This document shows positions 28,674 through 39,636 of a stretch of 64,000 nt of DNA, one piece after another. The position numbers and the translations under genes are program-made. Each line of letters starts with the position of its first letter. Within the stretch, counting starts at the first letter, position 1. Origin of the DNA: Eledone cirrhosa (taxonomy: Eukaryota); assembly GCA_964016885.1 (NCBI GenBank), contig OZ024751.1, forward strand, positions 3,782,001-3,846,000. Direction: 5' to 3'. Below the pieces are notes generated by a model. The model was not told where the DNA came from, did no database searches, and saw nothing but the letters and a program-made list of their open reading frames with translations.

Positions 28674-31600
28674 ATGCCTCGACGAGGAAAAAAGAAAACA
28701 TCTGGTTGGTCTATCGATAGTGGAAAGAAAGCACGGCTAAGGAGAGCCGAAGAAGGTGAGCAAGATAGTGGTCAACGCCAACAAGATCGGGACAGGCATG
28801 CGAATAGAAGGATCGATGAGACTGATAAAGCAAGGGCTGCGCGTCAGGCGGAACAGAGGAAAAGAGACAGAAGCAGGAGAGATCATGAGTCGGATGGTCG
28901 GAGAGCTGCGCGTCTGGCGGAACAGAGGGAAAGAGACAGAAGCAGGAGAGATCATGAATCGGATGGTCTGAGAGCTGAGCGTCTGGCGGAACAGAAGGAA
29001 AGAGACAGAAACAGGAGAGATCATGAATCGGATGGTCTGAGAGCTGAGCGTCTGGCGGAACAGAAGGAAAGAGACAGAAGCAGGAGAGATCATGAATCGG
29101 ATGGTCTGAGAGCTGAGCGTCTGGCGGAACAGAGGGAAAGAGACAGAAGAAGGAGAGATCATGAATCGGATGGTCGGGGAACTGAACGTCTTTGCCAACA
29201 AACCATTAGGGATAGAGCAAGGACAGTTCAACGACGTGACCTCTCTGTTGATGATAGACAGATGAATAAGATCTGTGTCTGTTGTCAAGCAATGCTTTTT
29301 CTTGGTGAAACTACTAACTTTTGCTGTATGAATGGGGAATGCTGTCAGGTTGGGGAATATGCAGCCTTTACCCCAGGAACTTCACAGTTTATTTAGTACT
29401 GATCAACCTAGGGCAAACGAGTTCAGGAAGAACCTCAGACAATACAACTGCCTGTTCCAAATGACATCTTTTGGGGCCGAAGAAGTTCGTTTCTCAAGGA
29501 GTGGATGGAATCCTTCTATCGTTATTCATGGTCAAATTCACCATTACATCGGTTCCTTAACCCCTAATCCCAACGAACAACCCCAATTTCTTCAAATTTA
29601 CTTCTTGGATCCTCAGGATAGTGTTGATTTGAGGATCAGGATACTCCATAACGATGGCATTCAGCGCGACATAGTTGAATTATTGGAAATAATACTCAGA
29701 CAATATAACCCTTACGTTGCTTCATTTCGAATGGCAAAAGAACAAATTAAAAATATTCCCGAAGCTTCGATTATTATTGATCCTGATAGGAGACCAGCAA
29801 TGGAACATGAGAGAATATTCAATGCACAAACTGCAAACGAAGTTGCCATTATTATACAAAACAGCACCGACCTTCAAGCAAAAGCACGGCACATTGTGTT
29901 GAAAGAAAAAGGCGGACAATTGCAAATAATCTCAGAGTCCCATCGGTCCTATGACAGTTTACAGTATATTCTATTTTTTCCTTTTGGTGATGACGGATGG
30001 CATCCTGAGCTGTTAATGAGCAACAACAAGAAGTTGACGCCAACAGATAGTTGATGCCTATCGAATAATGAACCATAAGAATGAATTCAACCAGCTTCTC
30101 AGAGGCAGTCGTTTATTACAGCAATATTTGGTTGACATGGCTACGAAGATTGAAGGAAATAGACTGCAATTCATCCGAATGAATCAAACATCATTGCGAT
30201 CTACAACATACAAGGGCCTTACTGACGCATTGAATGATGATGACGATTTTCGCAATATTGGCAGGCGAATCATACTCTCTTCCACATTTGTCGGTGGACC
30301 GAGATATATGATGGAGCGATGCCAGGATGCCATGATGTACATACGGAAGTACGACAATCCTTCGTTCTTCATCACAATGACAAGCAATCCAAACTGGCCT
30401 GAAATCCGGCAAAACCTATTCCTGAATCAGAAACCACATGACAGGCCACATTTAATTTCCAGAGTATTTGACCTGACGTGGAAACTGTTAAGAAAGTATC
30501 TTACTGGAGTAGATGGCTTATTTGTGCATTGCTTACGTGCTGACAGTCGAATATCAAAAGCGAGATCTTCCTCATATGCACTGTTTGCTATGGCTCAATG
30601 AAGCCTCCAAGCCCAGACCGCAGGAATATGATAAATTTGTTCAAGTCGAAATACCAGATCCAAACAAAGATCCAGAAGGTCATGAATTGGTGCTGAAGCA
30701 CATGATCCACGATCCGAATTGCTCTAACAATTCGCCGTGTTGGAAAGATGGAACGTGCAGTAAGCCTTTCAATGAATATACATTCTGTGGAGAGAACTCT
30801 TATCCTGTGTACAGAAGATGGTCTCCAGGAATGGGAGGATTTGAGGGGCACCAAGAAGGAAGGGGAAGCAGAAATATAACTTCGGAATGGGTGGTTCCCT
30901 ACAATATGAAACTATTAAAACTGTTCAACTGCCACCTAAACGTAGAGATGTGCTCTTCTGAGAAATAGATCAAATACGTTATCAAATATACCATGAAGGG
31001 CAGTGATCAGGCAATGTTTGGAGTGAACAGGGAAGATGAGATAATACAGTATTTAACAGGAAGGTATATCGGTCCTTCAGAAGCTGTTGCCTTGGTACTT
31101 GGATTTCCAATTCATGAGAGAGAACCGGCCGTAGTTCGCCTTCAAGTTCAACTACCTGGCGAAAATCAAATCTGCTTTCGGGTCAATGCTGCTGTTAAAG
31201 TAAACAATAACAGGGCTAAGACGACTCTGACTGAGTTCATGGATCTTTGCGATCGCGATCTGTTTGCAAAAACATTGTATTATGCCGATGTCCCAAAGTT
31301 TTACACTTGGAGTAATAAGAGATGGGAAAGGAGAAAGGTGGGGAAAACAGTTGAGCAGTATCCAGGGATTTTTGAGGCGAACGTTTTGGGACGAGTATAC
31401 ACAGTTTCTCCACAAAGTGGTGACCTGTATTATTTAAGACTCCTGCATCAAGTCAAAAGGCCAGTATCCTTCAACTCTTTGAATGTGTGATGGAGAACTC
31501 CTGCCATTATTCAAAGACGTCTGCAAAGAGAAAGGTTTGCTTCAATCGGATGATCATTGGCAGCAGACTCTGGAAGATGCTGAGCGAACAAGGCTTCCCA

Positions 31601-33283
31601 AAGCCATGAGAGATCTATTCATCGTGCTCCTCACAAATACGGAAATTGACAATTCCAGTGATTTATGGGCTCGATTTAAGCATTCGCTGTCTGAGGATTA
31701 CCTTCAAATAGAAAAAAGGGCTACCAGAAACTCTAACCTTTTGATTAGCGAGAGACATTATGATCAATGTCTTCTGTATTTTGAAGACAAACTTAACGAC
31801 CTGGGCAAAAGTCTTAGTGACTTTAACTTGCCAAGGCCAAATAATATTGTTGCTAATCAGGATATTGGCAATTTGGAGTTATTGCATGAATTGCAATACA
31901 CCAGAGAAGAGCAGCGACGATTTGTAGAAGAGACGGAGCCTCTATTGAATAGTGAACAAAAACACGTGTATGACTTCGTTTGTAACAGTTTAGAGACGAA
32001 CACATCTGCATTGATTTTCATTGACGCTCCAGGTGGAACAGGAAAGACATTCCTGATTAACTTAATTCTTTCAAAAGTCGGGGGAAACGGTGACGTGGCT
32101 ATTGCTGTTGCGTCATCTCGCATTGTCGCAACACTGATGCCTGGTGGAAGAACAGCGCATTCTAGGTTCAAAATACCGATAGTAGTGAATGAAAATGGTC
32201 TGTGCAACATTGATAAAAACTCAAAGATGGCAAACCTCTTCCAGCATACAAGGCTGATTGTTTGGTATGAGTGTCCTATGATTCGGAGGGAAAGCTTCGA
32301 AGCTGTTGACCTCACTCTGCGTGACATATACGACAACAATGAGGCATTCGGTGGAATTTTGACAATTTGCTGTGGCGATTTCCGTCAGCTTCTTTCGGTA
32401 GTGAAAAGGGGAAATGAAACGTACGTGGAAAACGCCTGCATTAAATAATCCTACTTATAGTGAAGCTTCAAAAGATTTCAGTTGAAGACAAACATGTGAT
32501 TGGGTGGGGGAGCAGGAGACTGTTCACAGTTCCTATTGGATATTGGAGAAGATCAGATAAAAAAAAACTGAAAATGAGGAAATTATTTTGCCAAAAGAAA
32601 TGGTTCTCCAAGCAACAACTATGGAAGAATGTATTGATTTCATCTATCCCTCATTCGACAATCCAGCTGAAGTGTTTTCGAAATATTGCATCTTAGTACC
32701 TCTCAATGAAATGATGAGAAGCATCAATTCTACCTGTATCAGACGCTTCCCTGGAACCATAAAATAGTACCGATCCTATAATTCTGTGAGTGATGGTGCC
32801 AATGCCACTCATTTCCCGATTGAATTCCTTGATTCGGTTGAACTATCAGGACTGCCACCACATAACCTGGAATTGAACAAAAAAGGATCGCCAATAATTC
32901 TTATGAGAAACTCGAATCCTCCAAGGCTTTGTAATGGAACGCGCATGATCGTGGAAGAACTGCACGACAATCTCATAGTAGCAAATATCAACACTGCTGC
33001 TTTCAGAAATGTGATCGTTACGATACCTAGAATAAGAATTAATCTATCCGGTGAGGATATCCCTTTGCAGCGAAGCCAATTCCCAGTTCAATCGTGCTTC
33101 GCTATGACTATTCAAACTATAGAAAACGTCTTGGTTTATCTGGAACGACCTGTATTCCAACACGGTCAACTGTATGTAGCCCTTAGCCGCGGAAAACGAA
33201 AAGAAAATGTCAGAGTGTTTTTGAAGGATACCCAGTCAACTAAGAATGTTGTCATCAAAAGCATTCTTTTGAACAAACTGTAA
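28674..33283 (+). pseudogene. Helitron Rep/helicase (STPR-like repeats, Zn finger, HUH Rep, Pif1-family helicase), frameshifted
   Basis: CVCC..CC Zn motif; Rep motifs FITMT.NPNWPEI, VEYQKRDLPHMHCL, YVIKYTMKG; helicase motifs DAPGGTGKT, GDFRQLL, LCNGTR, AMTI, HGQLYVALSR. Confidence 0.95.
28818..29230 (+). repeat. 69-bp (23-aa) coding tandem repeat x~6, STPR-like
   Basis: ESDGLRAERLAEQKERDRSRRDH units; GATCAT recurs at 28881, 28950, 29019, 29088 and 29157. Confidence 0.9.
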
Positions 33284-33693
33284 CAGCGTAAATATGAGAA
33301 AATGTTGTTTCCACGTCAGAAAATGAAAGGAAAAGGAAAAACTAAGACAAGTAAGAATAATTTCTTTCAAATTTTTGTAAATAAAACCAGCTTTTCATTA
33401 ACATTGCAACTTTTTAAGCAGAAAAATATTTCAGAACAAACAGTCAAGCATCCATAGAGATATAGAAAAAAGAATTTTGAAGTGGAAAATAATTTGATAT
33501 TTTCTTTGTGAAAATACTTGTGAATAATACAGTGAAAAGACAAGTTTCGCGTAAATCGGACGACGGGTCCCGAGATATGCGGGTTTTTTCGGGTATCTTT
33601 ATAAATAACCAAATCAGCGCATAATGGGAAAATACTTTGAAAGTAAGGTACCATTGAAATGTGAATACAAACGCAGATAGTGGTTGTGAGAGG

Positions 33694-33724
<31 letters not shown>

Positions 33725-34487
33725 GGGGGAGAGCTGGTGGTGTTGTTGAATGAAATTATGACAGGTGACTTCAAAGAATTGAATACAGCATTACTGTATC
33801 TAGCTGGAATTTGGTGACTGAATATTAAGTTATATGTATCTTATAACTTGTGTTAGGACAGGATGTATGTGTGTGTGTGTCTGTAACCAGTGTATATAGG
33901 CCACAGACACCCACACACACAAACACACATATATATATATATACACGTACATATACACACACACATACACGTATATATATATTGGCTTTCCAATGTCATT
34001 TTACATTATATACATTTTGTGTATATTTTAATTATTTAAAAATTATTTTTAAGTGAACATGACCCAACGGGTCTAGTATACTACTAGGTGGTCTAGTATA
34101 CTACTAAAACTCTGTGATTGCTTGCTTGCTTGATTGCTTGTCTGTAATGTAATACACCAAAAAGGGTGCATAATGGGAAAATACTTTGAAAGGAAGTTGA
34201 CCCTGAAATGGAGATGCAAATGGAATACAACAAGTTTCGTGTAAATCGAAGCACGGGTTCCCGAGATATGGGGTTTTTCCGGGTACCTTCATAAACAAAG
34301 AAAGATAAAGAGAAAGATAGAGGGAAAGAGATAGTGGTTGTGAGAGAGTAGATTGAAAGAGAGACATAGCGAGAGGGAGAGGAGACAGAGAAGGAGAATG
34401 GGAGAGAGAGCTGGGGTGTTGTTGTGTATATATATGTGTGCGTGTGTGTGTGTGTCTATGACCAGTGTATATAGATCACAGACACCC

Positions 34488-34567
<80 letters not shown>

Positions 34568-34577
34568 ACACACACAC

Positions 34578-34639
<62 letters not shown>

Positions 34640-34740
34640 CACACACGTATATATATGGGCCTTCCAGTTTCATTTCACATTATATACATGTCTGTGTATA
34701 TTTTAATTATTTAAAAATTATTTTTAAGTGAACATGATTT

Positions 34741-35889
34741 TCACCACCTGGTCCCTCGTGTCGTCCCCGTCCTCCTGCTTCCGGTCAGGCGTCCCCAACT
34801 TCCGACAATCCCCGTCCTACGGCAGCTATACACCCCCCTCCCCTATCTCACGGCAGCCCCATCACATTGCTCCATGTCAAAATCCACCATCCACCTAGGT
34901 TGGCGGCGGCTCCGTTGCGATCTCCGCACTGTTGGGGTGGCATTTTCGTTTTCCTCTTCCTCGGAATCCGTCACAGCAACGACTCTACGGATGTCCAAGA
35001 CGTGCCGTGGCATTCCATCCACAGACACGTTATTTTGGAAATTTACGGCGGTTACTGTTCCCTTTCCCTATTGAGATGTGCAACGTGCGTTTGGCGACTT
35101 GACCCATACGTCTTCGCCCACTCGTACGAATGCGCTCGCTCTCTCTCTCTCCACCGGCTGCTGTGGTACCGTGCACGGGTGTCGCCATTCGTATCTTTAT
35201 ATTGCCCTGTGTGGCACCGACTCCTCGGCCTGTCCCACCCGAGGAGACATGATGTACCAGAACACTGCCACCATTGGCGAAATGTGCCCCCTTTCCATCA
35301 TGGTCATGATCGTGCGATGGTGTCCCTCCACGATCCCATTTCCGCTCGGCCTGTATGCCGCTCTTAAGAAGCGGTTCACTTTCCACTTGTTAAGCATTTC
35401 CCTCAGCGCCTCCGAGCGAAACGCCGTGCTGTTGTCCATCAACAGTTCATCTACAAGGCCTCTCTCCAAGAATATCTCTCTCAGCGTACGCGCGATTTCC
35501 TCCGCAGTCCCTCCATATCGCCATCCGTCCTGGCCTACAATCGACCATTGAGAGATGCGTTCCTTGTCGATAGTGTGTCACGTCCACCGCCAATCGCTTC
35601 CAGTTGGGCTCCACCGAGATGCTGCTTGTCTCGTGCACACCCGGGCAGGGTCGATAAACTCCGAAATAGTTTGTAGCCGGAGGCATTCGGACTTACCTTG
35701 CGTCTCTCTATCACTGGTTTCATCGTCCACGACCCGTCTCCTCATAGTGCCAACAGCCAAGTGACCGCAGCCCACCGCTTGGTCGCTCGTGTCGCCCCCG
35801 TCCTCCTGCTTCCGGTCAGGCGTCCCCCAACTTCCGCCAATCCCCCTACCACGGCAGCTACACACCCCCTCTATGTCACGGCAGCGCCA
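34741..35889 (-). mobile_element. Internally deleted Gypsy-type LTR element: LTR - integrase remnant - partial LTR
   Basis: Direct repeats ~34748-34862 and ~35778-35889; LTR-like TG start (34866) and CA end (35672); WKRLAVDVTHY, LLMDNSTAF, AYRPSGNGIVE integrase motifs. Confidence 0.85.
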
Positions 35890-36536
35890 GTGTCTATGGC
35901 CAGTGTATATAGATCACAGACAACCACATATATATATATATATATACACACATACATATATATATATATATAGTTTTGCGAGGTTTTTTATATGAAATCG
36001 TGTGTCGAAACAGATATTGTTATATTTGGGGAGGGTCATATTTGCGTAATATTGCCAGAATTAATAACAGAACACACTCACTGTTTGGTTGGTTTTCGCT
36101 TCTCGCTGTCTTTTATATATATATATCTGCGATCTAACTTACTCGGTCCTCAATGTTGCCATTGACTGACCGGCGGTCAAAAATAATACAGATACAATAT
36201 AGACAAACACATATATATATAGTTTACATAAATCTTTCGTTGCACATCTGCAACATCGTCAGTGGTGTTATATTCATTGCTCCTCCTGTTGTGTTGTATG
36301 TCTACGCCATTTTTTTTTGTTCAGTCTGTCTATATATTTATTTATTTATTTGCTTGTTTGTTTATCTTATTTTATTTTGTCTTCTTTGCGCATGCGTTTG
36401 CGTGTGTGTATAGTGTTATGTGTGATGTGTGACTAGTGTGTATAGTGTTGTGTCTGCTGGGTGACTAGTGTGTGTTTATGTGCTTGTGTATGTATTTATT
36501 TATCTTATTTTATTTTAATTTAATTTACTTATTTAT

Positions 36537-37877
36537 TTATACTTCTCTTAGGTCAGTGTTGTTTGTTTGGGTGTTGTTGTTGTTCCACTCATTCTTTCTG
36601 TTTAGCTTTGGTCTTCTAATTTCTATTTCACTGGCCTCTCTGATTTGCCTATCTGCTGGGTCATTCCTATGTTTAGATATTATTCTAATTTCTATGTTGT
36701 CTATGTTACCGTCATGATGTTGTCTAGCATGTTCGTATAGTACTGACCCGTTTTTTCGTCCTTTTAGTTCCCCCCAGTGTTGGTCTATCCTTTCACCTAT
36801 GCTACGAGCTGTCTCACCTATGTATGTTGTTGTCGTGTTTCTGCAAGTACCCTCTGTACATCTTATGCTATAGACTACGTTTCTAGTTTTACAGTTTATC
36901 CGGGGGTTCACCTTACATATGATACATTTCCTATTGGTACAGTGGGTTTTCTTAAAAGGGTAGGTTTTGCTGATCAGGGATTTTATGGTGGTTCCTGGCT
37001 TTTCTACCACCTTTATTTTTAAGTGGGTCTTTCTCAGGGCCTTTCTACACTGGTTAGCTAATTTCCCTCCAGGGGTGGCGTCCACAAACATGACACTCTG
37101 ATATCTCTGGTTGTCGTACCATGATGTGGCCTTCCCTATCTTATGTCTAGCCCTATCTAAGCTATTCCATGATTTGCTCCTGTATAGTGGGCAAATTCCT
37201 TTCATGTCCAGTTCTATGAGGGTCTTATACTTTTCCATGGCTCCTTCGTATACTCTGACTCTGTCTCTTTGGTTGTAGCCAGAGAACTGCATGCGGTTGA
37301 TGAAGTGTTGGATGTGTCCTTCCATTTCTGTTGGGTCGCACATGCTGGACACATTCTTCATCACTCGTACCAAATCTGCGATCAGAATATTAAACTTAGC
37401 ACTACTGGACATTGCTGAGTTTTTGAGTATCAGGTATTTGGAGGCCATGGGTTTAGCATAGTGTGAGTGGAGAATTTGGGCTCTCTCGTCTATAGTGTTA
37501 ATCCAGAGTTCTGTGTCTAATACAGGTAGTCTATTGTTAGGGTGTTTGGAAGGGAAGTCGATAGTTACAGTTATACTCTGGTGTATGGAATTAGCTATCT
37601 GCTGGATGCTTTCCATCGTGCTACGTTCTAAATCAAACTTGTTAGTGCTCTCTAGTGGGGGTGTTCTTATAACTATATTGATATCGTCTACATAACGAGA
37701 GTACATGATGAGGTCTATGGAGCTTTCATTAAGGAGATCTTTAAGTCTCCTTTCCCACCATACCATGAAAAGGTTGGCAACATCGCCAGCTATGCTGACG
37801 CCGATGGCTGCTCCCTCATTTTGGGTGTAGATTTTCTCAGAAATGGAAGGACACATCCAACACTTCATCAACCGCAT
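36537..37877 (-). CDS. 5'-truncated PLE RT (palm/thumb) plus GIY-YIG; the first ~12 codons come from the inversion junction
   Basis: QNEGAAIG, YSRYVDD, LPVLD, C....CIIC, VVYSIRC, YIGET; open to the stop codon. Confidence 0.75.
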   Translation of the reverse strand: MRLMKCWMCPSISEKIYTQNEGAAIGVSIAGDVANLFMVWWERRLKDLLNESSIDLIMYSRYVDDINIVIRTPPLESTNKFDLERSTMESIQQIANSIHQSITVTIDFPSKHPNNRLPVLDTELWINTIDERAQILHSHYAKPMASKYLILKNSAMSSSAKFNILIADLVRVMKNVSSMCDPTEMEGHIQHFINRMQFSGYNQRDRVRVYEGAMEKYKTLIELDMKGICPLYRSKSWNSLDRARHKIGKATSWYDNQRYQSVMFVDATPGGKLANQCRKALRKTHLKIKVVEKPGTTIKSLISKTYPFKKTHCTNRKCIICKVNPRINCKTRNVVYSIRCTEGTCRNTTTTYIGETARSIGERIDQHWGELKGRKNGSVLYEHARQHHDGNIDNIEIRIISKHRNDPADRQIREASEIEIRRPKLNRKNEWNNNNTQTNNTDLREV

Positions 37878-38631
37878 GCAGTTCTCTGGCTACAACCAAA
37901 GAGACAGAGTCAGAGTATACGAAGGAGCCATGGAAAAGTATAAGACCCTCATAGAACTGGACATGAAAGGAATTTGCCCACTATACAGGAGCAAATCATG
38001 GAATAGCTTAGATAGGGCTAGACATAAGATAGGGAAGGCCACATCATGGTACGACAACCAGAGATATCAGAGTGTCATGTTTGTGGACGCCACCCCTGGA
38101 GGGAAATTAGCTAACCAGTGTAGAAAGGCCCTGAGAAAGACCCACTTAAAAATAAAGGTGGTAGAAAAGCCAGGAACCACCATAAAATCCCTGATCAGCA
38201 AAACCTACCCTTTTAAGAAAACCCACTGTATCAATAGGAAATGTATCATATGTAAGGTGAACCCCCGGATAAACTGTAAAACTAGAAACGTAGTCTATAG
38301 CATAAGATGTACAGAGGGTACTTGCAGAAACACGACAACAACATACATAGGTGAGACAGCTCGTAGCATAGGTGAAAGGATAGACCAACACTGGGGGGAA
38401 CTAAAAGGACGAAAAAACGGGTCAGTACTATACGAACATGCTAGACAACATCATGACGGTAACATAGACAACATAGAAATTAGAATAATATCTAAACATA
38501 GGAATGACCCAGCAGATAGGCAAATCAGAGAGGCCAGTGAAATAGAAATTAGAAGACCAAAGCTAAACAGAAAGAATGAGTGGAACAACAACAACACCCA
38601 AACAAACAACACTGACCTAAGAGAAGTATAA
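37843..38631 (+). CDS. PLE thumb plus GIY-YIG fragment (inverted arm)
   Basis: Identical to the C-terminus of 36537-37877 except for one residue. Confidence 0.65.
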   Translation: MEGHIQHFINRMQFSGYNQRDRVRVYEGAMEKYKTLIELDMKGICPLYRSKSWNSLDRARHKIGKATSWYDNQRYQSVMFVDATPGGKLANQCRKALRKTHLKIKVVEKPGTTIKSLISKTYPFKKTHCINRKCIICKVNPRINCKTRNVVYSIRCTEGTCRNTTTTYIGETARSIGERIDQHWGELKGRKNGSVLYEHARQHHDGNIDNIEIRIISKHRNDPADRQIREASEIEIRRPKLNRKNEWNNNNTQTNNTDLREV

Positions 38632-39141
38632 ATAAGTAAATAAAATAAAATAAAATAAGATAAATAAATACATACACAAGCACATAAACACACACTAGTC
38701 ACCCAGCAGACACAACACTATACACACTAGTCACACATCACACATAACACTATACACACACGCAAACGCATGCGCAAAGAAGACAAAATAAAATAAGATA
38801 AACAAACAAGCAAATAAATAAATAAATATATAGACAGACTGAACAAAAAAAAATGGCGTAGACATACAACACAACAGGAGGAGCAATGAATATAACACCA
38901 CTGACGATGTTGCAGATGTGCAACGAAAGATTTATGTAAACTATATATATATGTGTTTGTCTATATTGTATCTGTATTATTTTTGACCGCCGGTCAGTCA
39001 ATGGCAACATTGAGGACCGAGTAAGTTAGATCGCAGATATATATATATAAAAGACAGCGAGAAGCGAAAACCAACCAAACAGTGAGTGTGTTCTGTTATT
39101 AATTCTGGCAATATTACGCAAATATGACCCTCCCCAAATAT

Positions 39142-39188
<47 letters not shown>

Positions 39189-39282
39189 GGAGGTGAGTTT
39201 TATCGTAGTACAATAAAGCAATGCAGATATCGGATAGGTAGCACTAAACAGTTTGTAGGACTGGAGTATAAATAATATATAA

Positions 39283-39622
39283 TATCAAAAGATGGTTAAA
39301 AGAGTTCCATGTATTTTATTATGCGCATTTCAAAAACAAATATCATCATGCAATAACATTTGCGTTTTCGTCAGATAAAATAGGGAGACATGATATGAAG
39401 GTTAAAACACACTTGTGAATAGTACAGTTTTAAATCAACATATATTGATTTAAAACAACATATGTTGATTTAAAACTGCACTATTCACAAGTGTGTTTTA
39501 ACCTTCATATCATGTCTCCCTATTTTATCTGACGAAAACGCAAATGTTATTGCATGATGATATTTGTTTTTGAAATGCGCATAATAAAATACATTGAACT
39601 CTTTTAACCATCTTTTGATCTT
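39283..39622. repeat. ~340-bp palindrome carrying two outward-pointing hammerheads
   Basis: atcaaaagatggttaaaagagttc... mirrored by ...gaactcttttaaccatcttttgat; centre at ~39450. Confidence 0.92.
39521..39591 (+). ncRNA. Type I hammerhead ribozyme (AUA site); mirror copy at 39312-39382 (-)
   Basis: tattttat CTGACGA aaacgcaaatgtta..tgatatttgttttt GAAA tgcgca TA ataaaata. Confidence 0.88.
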
Positions 39623-39636
39623 ATATATATATATAT

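Larger units (their letters stand above)
27169..34076 (+). mobile_element. Full-length Helitron (~6.9 kb), coding-disabled
   Basis: A|TCTTCTATATACTACTAAAA 5' end; RepHel ORF remnants; 3' gacccaacgggtCTAG. Confidence 0.88.
35972..39146. mobile_element. PLE inverted insertion 1: minus arm 35972-37839, plus arm 37838-39146
   Basis: Arms are near-identical reverse complements; RT YVDD and GIY-YIG YIGETARSIGER; flanked by (TA)n. Confidence 0.95.

Noticed and set aside
31483-33283. Host PIF1 helicase gene
   Set aside because: Intronless, fused to an HUH Rep domain, frameshifted and bounded by Helitron termini.
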